Source of the DNA: a virus
Reading direction: 5' to 3' (one strand)
DNA length: 64,000 bases
Virus record (IMG/VR): IMGVR_UViG_3300017917_000400
Location: 32,001-96,000 of that record
Shown: in pieces, positions 55,304 to 64,000 of the stretch
Layout of the letters: every line of letters begins with the position of its first letter
Position numbering within the stretch: the first letter of the stretch is position 1
Position numbers and translations under genes: made by a program
Notes under the pieces: generated by a model
What the model was told of the DNA's origin: nothing
Seen by the model: the letters and a program-made list of their open reading frames with translations, nothing else
The model's database searches: none

Positions 55304-57247
55304 ATGGCGTATACAATAAACCGATGGGACGGAACAGCGATTGCAGTAATTGAAGACGGTACCGTCAATCAACAGTTAGACGTTAAATTAATCGGTAAAA
55401 ATTATGCTGGCTACGGCGAAATACAAAACGAAAATTTTATCCATATACTTGAAAATTTTGCTGGAGCAACTAGCCCTGCAAATGCAGTTCGTGGACAACT
55501 TTGGTATGACAGTGCAAATAAACGATTAAAGATTTATACAGGCGATATAGTAGGTGCTGTAAAACAGTGGAAACCTATCGGTGGCGCCGAATATAGCACC
55601 GTAGAACCAACATATCCAAACAATGGTGATTTTTGGTTCGATAGAAATAGAGATCAACTTAAAGTTAGAAACGGAGATAGTTGGCTAGCAATTGGTCCTC
55701 AAAGTGCAGGCTCTGGCACAACACAGATGATCAGTAAACAGGTAAGAGGATTTCCTATAGGAAGTTCTACACCGCAGACCTATTCTATTATTATTGCTAG
55801 TATTAACGATGTTCCAGTTTATGTCATTGCTAGAGAAGAGTTTACATTAGATATTAGCGACCCTGATTCTGTAATTGTTGGATTTAATCTAATTAAAAAG
55901 GGATTAACACTTCAGCAAGTTGATGATGAAACTGGTGTTAGCGGTACACCTACATTTTTATATTGGGGCACAGCCAGCAACTCATTACGTCTAGGCGGAT
56001 TTTTAGCCAGCGAATATGTTCGTTCAGGAAGTTCAAATTTTACATCAACTGTACGTTTTAGCGATTTAGGTTACACAGTCGGCGACAGTAACGACCTAGC
56101 AGTATTCATTGAAACAGGTACAGAACCAGTTATTCAAAACGTAACAGGTCCAAGAATTTATTTTAGAGTTCGTGACGGTGCTACTGTTAAAAATCCTTTA
56201 ACAATTAATGCAACTAAATTAGAACCAGGTATTGATGACACATTTAGTATTGGTACTAGTGTTAAAAAATGGAAAGAAGTTTATGCTACAAACTTTTACG
56301 GTATTGCAGATAATGCAAATGCTCTTCAAGTTGAAGCAGGTGTATATCGTGTAGCCAGCACAAATGCAGGTGTTAATACTATTGCCGCACGTGACAGTAG
56401 TGGTAATTTAACAGCAAATACTTTTAACGGTAATGCTACTAGTGCTACTAAATTGGCAACTATTAGAACTATTAACGGTGTAAATTTTGATGGTACTACA
56501 AATATCATCATTGAGGATAGTACAAAAGTAAGATTAGATGGCAGCACAATGACAGGGTTTTTAACTCTAAGTGCTGACCCAACATCTGGATTACATGCCG
56601 CTACTAAGAGTTATGTTGATGCACAATTCGGCGTAGGTGGTACTCTAAGTATTGCTCGAGGTGGTACAGGTGCAAGCACAGCGGCAAATGCTAGAACAAA
56701 TTTAGATGTTCCGACTCGTGCAGGCGGCGACGCATCGGGGACTTGGAATATTGATATTTCTGGATCATCTGCACAACTTAATGGATTTGCATCATCAACT
56801 TCGGCAGTGGCTAATACTATTGCTAGAAGAGACGGCAGTGCAAACTTAACAGCAAACGTGTTTAGTGGTACTGCTACAAGTGCTCGTTATGCTGACTTAG
56901 CAGAAAAATATTTGACTGACAACGAATACGAAGTTGGAACTGTAGTAATGGTAGGCGGAGAAAAAGAAGTTACTGCTTGTAAATTTGGCAGTAGAGCAGT
57001 TGGCGCAATTTCTGGAAATCCAGCATACATGATGAACAGCGGACTAGAAGGTGGACAATACGTAGCACTTAAAGGTCGTGTTCCAGTTAAAGTAATAGGC
57101 AGTGTTAAGAAAGGCGATAGAATGATAGCCAGCGATGGCGGTGTTGCTATTGCAGGTCAGCATCATACAGCCGCTGATACATTTGCTATTGCTTTAGAAG
57201 ATAATACTAATACAGATATTAAATTAGTGGAGTGTTTAGTTCTTTAA
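55304..57247 (+). CDS. Tail fibre with C-terminal intramolecular chaperone (peptidase G2/IMC-like)
   Basis: SARYADLAEKY...GTVV..GG...VALKGRVPVKV.G.VKKGD; RTINGVNFDGT; HAATKSYVD; TAAATA at 55276-55281. Confidence 0.8.
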   Translation: MAYTINRWDGTAIAVIEDGTVNQQLDVKLIGKNYAGYGEIQNENFIHILENFAGATSPANAVRGQLWYDSANKRLKIYTGDIVGAVKQWKPIGGAEYSTVEPTYPNNGDFWFDRNRDQLKVRNGDSWLAIGPQSAGSGTTQMISKQVRGFPIGSSTPQTYSIIIASINDVPVYVIAREEFTLDISDPDSVIVGFNLIKKGLTLQQVDDETGVSGTPTFLYWGTASNSLRLGGFLASEYVRSGSSNFTSTVRFSDLGYTVGDSNDLAVFIETGTEPVIQNVTGPRIYFRVRDGATVKNPLTINATKLEPGIDDTFSIGTSVKKWKEVYATNFYGIADNANALQVEAGVYRVASTNAGVNTIAARDSSGNLTANTFNGNATSATKLATIRTINGVNFDGTTNIIIEDSTKVRLDGSTMTGFLTLSADPTSGLHAATKSYVDAQFGVGGTLSIARGGTGASTAANARTNLDVPTRAGGDASGTWNIDISGSSAQLNGFASSTSAVANTIARRDGSANLTANVFSGTATSARYADLAEKYLTDNEYEVGTVVMVGGEKEVTACKFGSRAVGAISGNPAYMMNSGLEGGQYVALKGRVPVKVIGSVKKGDRMIASDGGVAIAGQHHTAADTFAIALEDNTNTDIKLVECLVL

Positions 57248-58071
57248 ACAGCCATGTCTGCTTTAATAGCAGGATCTGGATTATAGTTTTCTAATACAAA
57301 ATCGTCGACTACATAGTCGGCGATTTTTTTTCCTACTGTAATAAACAATGTTGGTAATTGCTTAGGTGTACGAACTAACTGTTCATTAACTGCATCAATG
57401 TGATTATTATAGATATGGCAATCTCCGCCAGTCCAAATGAAGTCTCCAACCTTTAATCCGCACTCGCGAGCGATAATGTGTGTAAGCAATGAATAACTGG
57501 CTATGTTAAAGGGTACTCCTAAAAACATATCGCAACTACGCTGATACATTTGACAACTTAGATGTCCGTCTGTGACATCAAATTGACTCATTACATGACA
57601 TGGCGGCAAAGCCATATCAGATAATTCTGCTGGATTCCAAGCACTGACAATATGTCTACGTCCACTAGGATCGTTCTTAATACCGTCAATTAGTTGTTGT
57701 ATTTGATCAACACCCATAAAGTCGCGCCATTGTACTCCGTAGACACGACCCAAGTCGCCTTCATAGTGTGCTTTTGGTAGCCAGTAGTCTGCTTTGGCGT
57801 TAGCAGTCCAAATAGTAGTTTTAGAAATATCTCTAGTGCCATGTAGGATTTCCGCAAGTCGGCGTTCGTCACCGCTCCCTTCTAAGAACCAAAGAAGTTC
57901 CGAAACTACTGCTCGCCAGGCGAGCTTCTTAGTAGTGACGGCTGGGAAGCCTTCTTGCAGATTAAAACGCATTTGATAACCAAACACGCTACGGGTTCCT
58001 ACCCCCGTTCTATCACTCTTGTTCTTTCCGTTTTTGAGTATGTGCTCTAGTGCTTCGTGATATTGCTTCAT
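57244..58071 (-). CDS. thyA: Thymidylate synthase
   Basis: DRTGVGT; ELLWFL; YGVQWR; LPPCH; YQRSCDMFLGVPFN; GDCHIY. Confidence 0.98.
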   Translation of the reverse strand: MKQYHEALEHILKNGKNKSDRTGVGTRSVFGYQMRFNLQEGFPAVTTKKLAWRAVVSELLWFLEGSGDERRLAEILHGTRDISKTTIWTANAKADYWLPKAHYEGDLGRVYGVQWRDFMGVDQIQQLIDGIKNDPSGRRHIVSAWNPAELSDMALPPCHVMSQFDVTDGHLSCQMYQRSCDMFLGVPFNIASYSLLTHIIARECGLKVGDFIWTGGDCHIYNNHIDAVNEQLVRTPKQLPTLFITVGKKIADYVVDDFVLENYNPDPAIKADMAV

Positions 58072-58546
58072 TGTGATATTCTTCTACTGTGCAAGAACCT
58101 AAATTGAGTGTTTGATGCAATTTCATACCATCTAAAAATTCATTTAGGTTAATATGTACATCGTTGAGGTATTCGCCTTTTATTTTTGTAATATAAACTT
58201 TGTCTAGTACAGGCTTACTTTGTAATAACAAATTTAGGCCGCCTATGACAAAAATATTTTTACGACGATTGTTTTGTTTTAAACTTTTAAGTGCTTCGCA
58301 GACATCTCCTCTAATTTGTTCGATGTCATCTCGTTCAATAAACTTATTAGTAAACAGCACATTAAAACGTCCAGGCAACGGACTAGGCATGTCTGGACTG
58401 TCCCAAGTTTTTTTACCCATAACTACAATTTGATCTTGTGTTACAGTTTTAAACCATTTCATATCGTCTTTATTATGCGGCCATGGTAACGATCCCTTCC
58501 ATCCCATACCGCCTATATCGTCTACTGCAAATAATCCTGCTATCAT
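58013..58546 (-). CDS. folA: Dihydrofolate reductase
   Basis: GMG.KGSLPW...DMKWFK..T..VVMGKKTWDS..PLPGR.N; IFVIGG; adjacent to thyA. Confidence 0.93.
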   Translation of the reverse strand: MIAGLFAVDDIGGMGWKGSLPWPHNKDDMKWFKTVTQDQIVVMGKKTWDSPDMPSPLPGRFNVLFTNKFIERDDIEQIRGDVCEALKSLKQNNRRKNIFVIGGLNLLLQSKPVLDKVYITKIKGEYLNDVHINLNEFLDGMKLHQTLNLGSCTVEEYHNEAISRSTRAHTQKRKEQE

Positions 58547-58549
58547 AAA

Positions 58550-58864
58550 TTATTTTTTTGGTTTTTTAAGAAAACTCTTAGTTTTTTTAATTACATCTTT
58601 CTTTACACGTTCAACATCTAATCTGAAGTCGATATGTTCAATATCGTCCTCGTAGTCGCTAATCAGTTCAGAAAGATGTGACTCAAGATCGTCTATGTTG
58701 TTTTTCTTAGCGTGATCATCAATGTTAACGTCCCATACTTTACCATTCTTGAAAATAATCCTCATAGAATGAAGATATGGTATAGGTACTGCTTTTACAT
58801 CTACATCGCTGAAAACCTCTGGCCATTGATCTACAACATCTTTTGGCAGAGATTTTTTCTTCAC
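58550..58864 (-). CDS. Hypothetical protein
   Basis: 104 aa; ATGA overlap with the upstream gene. Confidence 0.7.
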   Translation of the reverse strand: MKKKSLPKDVVDQWPEVFSDVDVKAVPIPYLHSMRIIFKNGKVWDVNIDDHAKKNNIDDLESHLSELISDYEDDIEHIDFRLDVERVKKDVIKKTKSFLKKPKK

Positions 58865-59475
58865 GCTTCAGCCGTTGCCTTCTTCTTACTTGGTGCTAAT
58901 TTTTCTGCTTCAGCACGTAAACGAGCCGCTTCTTTATACATAGCATCCGCTTGACTGCGGAATTGCTTTGCTAAGTCGGCATCGCTGAGAGGTTCATTAG
59001 ACGGTTTAGTAACTACCTTCTCTTCTGTAGCGGCTGGCTTGCTTTCTGGAATTTCTTTAACAGTAGCCACTTCGGTAGCCTCCGCACCATTACCTAACGC
59101 TAAGTCATTAACACTAATACCGCGTTGTTCTGCGATCAATTGATTAAGTTGATCTAAACTAACGGTTGATTGTAGCGTTGGAGTCATTTCAACTTCACTG
59201 GTTTTAACTTTAATAAGTTTACCATTAAAGTGTAAATTGGCCAGCATAACACTGCCGTCAGGAAAATTAGTACGAGCCATGGCTTCTGCAAATTCATATG
59301 CACTCTGGCCTGCATTACTTTCAACTAATTTAATGATAGTGTCGTGTTGTTCGGGTAACAATGTTGCAGTATCGACAACTAATGCAGAATCGCTCTCACC
59401 TGGCAAAGTTCGATATGCAACGATAACTTTGCGTCCGTTTGTTTTGATACGTCCTACGTGTTTTAAATTAACCAT
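58861..59475 (-). CDS. Hypothetical protein
   Basis: 204 aa, LKHVGR...RTLPG; helical C-terminus; in operon. Confidence 0.75.
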   Translation of the reverse strand: MVNLKHVGRIKTNGRKVIVAYRTLPGESDSALVVDTATLLPEQHDTIIKLVESNAGQSAYEFAEAMARTNFPDGSVMLANLHFNGKLIKVKTSEVEMTPTLQSTVSLDQLNQLIAEQRGISVNDLALGNGAEATEVATVKEIPESKPAATEEKVVTKPSNEPLSDADLAKQFRSQADAMYKEAARLRAEAEKLAPSKKKATAEA

Positions 59476-59698
59476 TTTGTTGTTGTCCTTGTTTAGCGAC
59501 GCCCTCTAAAAATCCATTGAGCTTATTATATACGCTTCCTACAGCGGCCATTTCAGCGGCTTTAAATGCGCCTCTTGAACTGGCAAGATCAATGATGCTC
59601 CTTAGCATGTTCAAATCTTGAACATTTAAGTCTACGGATTGTTGTGCCGGCGCCTCTGGCGTCTTAGCAACTTCTTGTGTTTCGGTTTTTTCGGTCAT
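59468..59698 (-). CDS. Hypothetical protein
   Basis: 76 aa; AAGGAG SD; IIDLASSRGAFK motif. Confidence 0.75.
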   Translation of the reverse strand: MTEKTETQEVAKTPEAPAQQSVDLNVQDLNMLRSIIDLASSRGAFKAAEMAAVGSVYNKLNGFLEGVAKQGQQQNG

Positions 59699-59730
59699 AA
59701 TTATACTCCTTTGTATTATTATATATCCAG

Positions 59731-60015
59731 TTAATTATTTAGATATTTTAAATGTGAACAAGCCAGTAAAAAGAAACTGGCTTCTTTGGGTTCTTCAAAC
59801 CCTATTTTTATTTTGGTTTTATATTGATTATTTTCTAGTACTAGACTTTCACCTATATAAAATCTGTACTTGAGATTTTCGTAGATCCACTCTCTTATAG
59901 ATGCTACCATATTATATCTAAGATCTAAGTATTGATAATGGAAGTAGGGAGGCGGATCTTTAACCTCCCTACAACCTAATACATTAAGTGGATTAATTTT
60001 TACATCATCGATCAT
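59731..60015 (-). CDS. Hypothetical protein
   Basis: 94 aa; ATGA overlap with the VWA gene. Confidence 0.7.
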   Translation of the reverse strand: MIDDVKINPLNVLGCREVKDPPPYFHYQYLDLRYNMVASIREWIYENLKYRFYIGESLVLENNQYKTKIKIGFEEPKEASFFLLACSHLKYLNN

Positions 60016-61187
60016 TTTTTCTTTTCTGGAAACTCGTAGTAAGCATAAGTTCCAAATGGTGGAACAATACTATCATTTCCATGAATAATAAAAATGGTGT
60101 CGCAGTAATCTTCGTCACCCCAACTGTCCCAAGGATAACCGTCTGTAAACATGATAAACTTTTTAGGGTTAATATCATGCTCTTTCATGTATTCCCAGTT
60201 ACACACAAAGTCAGTACCACCACCGCCCATTAATTCGTACTCAGAAATTTCTTCGGCAGTGTAACCATTGAAATCTGCTTCGTTGTAGACTTTAGTATCA
60301 AAGCACCAAATTTTAATATTAAAATCTTTGAACTCTTCCATAATGCCCTTAATCTCACTAAGGAAGTCTGCGCCCATTTCGTCTGTAATAGAACCAGACA
60401 TATCTAAACTAACACAGATGTCGATAGTAGTGTCAAAATTGCACCCGGGCAATACAGCACCGGTCATTTGACCTTTACGGCTAGGACGACTCCAACTAAA
60501 ATCATTTTTAATTGTGCTTTGGATTTGTTGACGTAATAGTTCACGCCAATTCATCTTAGGCTCAGTCATCTCTTTAATCATACGTGCAATATCTCCAGGT
60601 ACATTACCTGCACCTGCGGCCTGTGCGGCTTGAATCATTGCTTCTTTGATCTCATCGCGAATTTTGCGAAGTTCTTCTTTGCTGTGTTTTGGACCGTTGC
60701 CTTCTTTATCTGGATCCAAATGTTCATCTAACAATTCGCCTAGCGCGGCTAATTGCTCTTCGTCGTATTTGTTGTAGATTTCGTCGTAGACTTGTTCAGC
60801 ACTCCAACTGTCATATTTACGATCATAGAAAAACTTAACTGGCGGATCGTCACCAATACGCTCACGTTTTAAAAGACCGTTAACACAATAGTCTGCGGCA
60901 ATGTTCCAAATTTGTTTGTCTCTGCCTTCGTTACGCATCATGTGATCGTAGACGCAGTGTAAAATTTCGTGTGCAACAACAAATTCTACTTGTCGAGGAG
61001 TCATCTTTTCAAAGAACTCTCGATTATAATAAAAGTTACGAAAGTCCGTTGCGGCAGTAGGAAGCCAATCGCTGGCATCAACTAATTTCATTCGGGTAGC
61101 CATATTACCAAAAAATGGATGGCGAAGTAATAGGCCTACTCTGGCTACAACAATCTTATCAACGATTGGATCTAGTGAATGTGACAT
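60012..61187 (-). CDS. DUF2201-type metallopeptidase-like plus VWA domain protein
   Basis: TAATD; HEILH (HExxH); WNIAADY..N; MIDAS DMSGS, GGGT, FTDG. Confidence 0.9.
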   Translation of the reverse strand: MSHSLDPIVDKIVVARVGLLLRHPFFGNMATRMKLVDASDWLPTAATDFRNFYYNREFFEKMTPRQVEFVVAHEILHCVYDHMMRNEGRDKQIWNIAADYCVNGLLKRERIGDDPPVKFFYDRKYDSWSAEQVYDEIYNKYDEEQLAALGELLDEHLDPDKEGNGPKHSKEELRKIRDEIKEAMIQAAQAAGAGNVPGDIARMIKEMTEPKMNWRELLRQQIQSTIKNDFSWSRPSRKGQMTGAVLPGCNFDTTIDICVSLDMSGSITDEMGADFLSEIKGIMEEFKDFNIKIWCFDTKVYNEADFNGYTAEEISEYELMGGGGTDFVCNWEYMKEHDINPKKFIMFTDGYPWDSWGDEDYCDTIFIIHGNDSIVPPFGTYAYYEFPEKKK

Positions 61188-61215
61188 TTTTGCTCCGTTT
61201 GTTTACTATATGTAT

Positions 61216-61244
61216 ATTATACAATCGTTTCTATACTTTGTCAA
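61216..61244 (-). promoter_or_regulatory. Consensus sigma70 promoter
   Basis: TTGACA-17 nt-TATAAT. Confidence 0.85.
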
Positions 61245-61246
61245 GG

Positions 61247-61272
61247 ATAGAGGTGCATTTCTGCACCTCTAT
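61247..61272. terminator. 11-bp hairpin between the ATPase and VWA genes
   Basis: ATAGAGGTGCA-GAAA-TGCACCTCTAT (minus strand); T tract only on the plus side. Confidence 0.6.
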
Positions 61273-61277
61273 TTTGA

Positions 61278-62378
61278 TTATCGCTTGTCCTGAGCGGCCG
61301 CGATATACTTACCAAACTTTTCGTGGAACTCATCGAAGCATTCAATTTCGTCTGGATCCAACGGCAGTTGATATTGGGTAAGTGCAAGTTTGGTACCCAT
61401 AACAACCAATTCAGTTTCAAAATTATCCATCATAAAACGGAAGAAGTGATTAACCTTTTCGTCAAACTTCTTATCGTTTTTGTCAGACGCATCTTTGAGT
61501 TCATAACACATAGAAACAGTCAAAGAATACATAGCCGAGATTTCAATTTTGGAATCTAACTTTTTAACCTTACCAGCCAAAATGTCTTCAGGCTTAGGCA
61601 GTTTGCTAGAAACTTTGCGGTGAGCCATAAACTTGATAGCAAGACCTTCACCGATAGCACCAGCAACCAAATCAGTCAATGTGTCGTTGTCAGTGTCATC
61701 GTCCTCTAACAGTTCGCTAACAAAGGACCAACTACGAGGAGTAGCAAATGCACGGCTTGAAGATTTTGGATCAAAATCGTATAAGTCTTTCTTAGCAAAA
61801 GTAACATAACCTACGACATCTTTGTGTACACGGTTATTAGTAGCCCACATTGACCAGTCATCGAAATCTACACGCATTTCCAAGTGAACGAAACGGTTAG
61901 CCAACGGTGCCGGCATGCGATAAGTAACACCTTTATCTGCTTCACGGTTACCGGCGGCAACAATTAGAACGTTGTCTGGTAAGTGATATTGTCCAACACG
62001 ACGATTCAAAATAAGTTGATATGCCGCCGCTTGCACACTAGGGGCCGCAGAGTTCATCTCGTCTAAGAACAAAATTACATAGGGATATTTACTAGCCAAA
62101 TCTTCGCTAGGAAGTTCACTTGGACTACCCCAAACCATAGTACCAGTGTTTGAATCAAAATAAGGAATACCTTTGATATCTGTAGGTTCCCAAAGACTCA
62201 AACGGATATCAATTACATGGGCATCCATTTCTTCACCTAGTTGGTGAATAATATCGGACTTACCAATACCTGGAGGACCCCAAAGAAATAAAGGACGCTT
62301 TTTCTTAAACGCCTTGCGGATTGCGTTTTTCGCTCCGTTAGGGCTAACTTGACGATTGACTACTTCTGCTTTTGCCAT
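61278..62378 (-). CDS. MoxR/dynein-related AAA+ ATPase
   Basis: GPPGIGKS; LFLDE; AAGNR; PLANRF; TPRSW. Confidence 0.92.
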   Translation of the reverse strand: MAKAEVVNRQVSPNGAKNAIRKAFKKKRPLFLWGPPGIGKSDIIHQLGEEMDAHVIDIRLSLWEPTDIKGIPYFDSNTGTMVWGSPSELPSEDLASKYPYVILFLDEMNSAAPSVQAAAYQLILNRRVGQYHLPDNVLIVAAGNREADKGVTYRMPAPLANRFVHLEMRVDFDDWSMWATNNRVHKDVVGYVTFAKKDLYDFDPKSSSRAFATPRSWSFVSELLEDDDTDNDTLTDLVAGAIGEGLAIKFMAHRKVSSKLPKPEDILAGKVKKLDSKIEISAMYSLTVSMCYELKDASDKNDKKFDEKVNHFFRFMMDNFETELVVMGTKLALTQYQLPLDPDEIECFDEFHEKFGKYIAAAQDKR

Positions 62379-62426
62379 TACATGCTCCTGTTAAAAATGA
62401 TTTGCAATTAATTTCGCAGTATCATT

Positions 62427-62455
62427 AGTATAACGCCGCTCCGCAGATATGTCAA
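62427..62455 (-). promoter_or_regulatory. Sigma70 promoter
   Basis: TTGACA-17 nt-TATACT. Confidence 0.8.
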
Positions 62456-62463
62456 CTAGAAAG

Positions 62464-62865
62464 TTAAAATGTTTTGTGGGTTTTTGGTAATTCGCGTTTC
62501 ATTGCTTTAATCAAACCATATTTTCGGACATCGCCCGAAAATAAGTGTAATTCTATGGCTTTTCTTTCGCCCAAAACAGTGATAGCGTTTTCTGTAAGAT
62601 GATATGGACAATCCAAAAATTTGTCCAAATATAATAAGACTTGAGGTTTTAAATCTAAATCGGATGGAAACGGAACTTCGTAAACTTTAATATCCAAAAC
62701 TTCAGTAATGTATCTAAGACCTTCATCGGTGAGTCTGAGACTTTCTCTATCTTTAGACCTGTTGTTTTTCCACCACAGTCTTGTTTTAATTTTAATATTT
62801 TCTTCACTCAAAGCCTCTCCAGATTCTTTTATAAAGATTTTGGTATAGGCTTGTTTTGTGTTCAT
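62464..62865 (-). CDS. Hypothetical protein
   Basis: 133 aa; WW.N.R...SLRLT.EG; LD....CPY. Confidence 0.7.
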   Translation of the reverse strand: MNTKQAYTKIFIKESGEALSEENIKIKTRLWWKNNRSKDRESLRLTDEGLRYITEVLDIKVYEVPFPSDLDLKPQVLLYLDKFLDCPYHLTENAITVLGERKAIELHLFSGDVRKYGLIKAMKRELPKTHKTF

Positions 62866-63146
62866 TTAAGTTCTTCGCCGGTAGTTAATTTGTAAACAGA
62901 AAAATCTTTGCAGTTAAAAAGTGAATTTAATTTCTTTGCCAAATTGTGTGCATGGCCAGGATTTGAAAAAGAAACTTTTTTATACTTACTTCCAGGATAA
63001 CCGCCAAGACTATTTTGACTTTTCAAATTAAAAGGCTTGCCCTGATAAAAAACAGCCCAGATGGCTTCCGCCTCTAAAATTTGATCACTTTTAAAAGTCT
63101 TCTTGTTTATTTTTTCAAGTACTACCGTTGGCTTTGGACGACTCAT
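62862..63146 (-). CDS. Hypothetical protein
   Basis: 94 aa MSRPKP...KYKKVSFSNPGHAHNLAKKLN; GAGG SD; TAAATA at 63171-63176. Confidence 0.75.
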   Translation of the reverse strand: MSRPKPTVVLEKINKKTFKSDQILEAEAIWAVFYQGKPFNLKSQNSLGGYPGSKYKKVSFSNPGHAHNLAKKLNSLFNCKDFSVYKLTTGEELK

Positions 63147-63187
63147 ATACGTTCCTCAATTATATACGTATATTTATCCAAAGTTTA

Positions 63188-63430
63188 CTAGTTTTTGTCC
63201 CAGTTGCCTCCGTCCATTTCTATGGACACTACACTAGTATCTTTTTGTATTTCTTGTATAAGACCTTCGTAATTGCCGGCTAATCGAGTCATAACAAGGC
63301 CTAAAGTATGGGATAGATTTTTAGCAGTTGCGATGTCTAACCTAACTTCTCGTTGATTGCTCATATCTGCGGCTTTAATAGTACTCATGACTTGAGTAAT
63401 AACTGATGTATTAATATTATTTTGTGACAT
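63188..63430 (-). CDS. Hypothetical protein
   Basis: 80 aa ending MDGGNW. Confidence 0.65.
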   Translation of the reverse strand: MSQNNINTSVITQVMSTIKAADMSNQREVRLDIATAKNLSHTLGLVMTRLAGNYEGLIQEIQKDTSVVSIEMDGGNWDKN

Positions 63431-63899
63431 TTGATAACCTATGTTTCATTTCAAATTCAGTTTTAAATGGTCCTTCGTAGTCGTATCTTTCAATAGTGAT
63501 TAATTTTGGACAAAAACTTCTGACCCATCCTTTATCAAATTTAATAATGTAATACCCGGCACAATAAACTGATTTTGATTTATTACTTTTGGTAAACAAA
63601 GGTAGATGTCTTTTAACATCAAACAATGGATTGAACGGTGTAGTGCTTGTTGGATAATCGTAGACAGTATTATCTTTTACTGTATTTTTGTTTTCAATCG
63701 AGATTGTTTTTTTAATAAAAAATTCTGGACCAAATTGTTCAACAATTTTTTTCTTATTTTCAAATGTAGTGATTTTATCTTTACTACTGAACACATATTT
63801 TTTTTGTTCTGTAATTTTTAATACACCTACCTTGTTTCCATTTTGTTCAACAATCCAAAACTTTCCATCTACTACTGGCTTGGCGTGAATTTCAGTCAT
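63417..63899 (-). CDS. Hypothetical protein
   Basis: 160 aa; LPLFTKS.KSKS.YCAGYY; CPKLIT..RY...GPFKT. Confidence 0.75.
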   Translation of the reverse strand: MTEIHAKPVVDGKFWIVEQNGNKVGVLKITEQKKYVFSSKDKITTFENKKKIVEQFGPEFFIKKTISIENKNTVKDNTVYDYPTSTTPFNPLFDVKRHLPLFTKSNKSKSVYCAGYYIIKFDKGWVRSFCPKLITIERYDYEGPFKTEFEMKHRLSNVTK

Positions 63900-64000
63900 T
63901 GGTGATACCTCGCATTAAGTGGTTCTGCATACTGTTGTGCTTGATCAGAAATCTTTTTCAAGTCGTATAATTGACAAAACTTCAAAAGTCTAATTCCAAC
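63896..64000 (-). CDS. 3' end of an upstream gene (partial; possibly a 5'-3' exonuclease/RNase H C-terminus)
   Basis: VGIRLLKFCQLYDLKKISDQAQQYAEPLNARYHQ*; ATGA overlap with 63899; product is a weak guess. Confidence 0.45.
   Translation of the reverse strand, partial: VGIRLLKFCQLYDLKKISDQAQQYAEPLNARYHQ

Noticed and set aside
57244-58071. Base-modifying thymidylate synthase homolog (dCMP hydroxymethylase)
   Set aside because: It retains the dUMP-specific Asn in GVPFN and sits beside DHFR, so it is a canonical ThyA
1-64000. Stop-codon reassignment, inteins or introns in core genes, and a diversity-generating retroelement
   Set aside because: Genes tile the window under code 11 with TAA, TGA and TAG all used as stops; gp20, gp23, gp46, gp47 and thyA are uninterrupted; no reverse transcriptase or adenine-variable TR/VR pair was seen

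Overview
This 64 kb AT-rich window comes from a large, divergent T4-like myophage (Caudoviricetes) using the standard genetic code. On the minus strand at the left (1-21.6 kb) lie a tape-measure-like gene, portal (gp20), prohead core proteins, protease (gp21), scaffold (gp22) and major capsid (gp23), followed by a cluster of paralogous fibre/adhesin genes. The centre holds a gp26-like gene joined to a startless gp51-like ORF by an apparent programmed -1 frameshift (double slippery site plus a 12-bp stimulatory stem). Next come a ~440-nt gene-free, densely structured element directly downstream of a minimal GIY-YIG nuclease, then gp46/gp47 and a gp55-like late sigma factor. The plus strand from 27.6 to 57.2 kb is a baseplate operon: tube-like initiator, gp53/LysM, hub, gp5, gp25, gp6, a 4694-aa giant protein and three paralogous fibres. 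The minus strand at the right carries thyA, DHFR, small hypotheticals, a MoxR-type ATPase with a VWA/metallopeptidase partner, and a partial gene at the edge. Late promoters reduce to TAAATA; four sigma70-type promoters precede non-structural genes. The best candidates for novelty are the GIY-YIG-associated structured element, the gp26/gp51 frameshift, structured riboswitch-like leaders on virion genes, and probable leaderless late mRNAs. No CRISPR arrays, tRNAs, rRNAs or IS elements were seen. All product calls rest on motif recognition by eye, not database searches.
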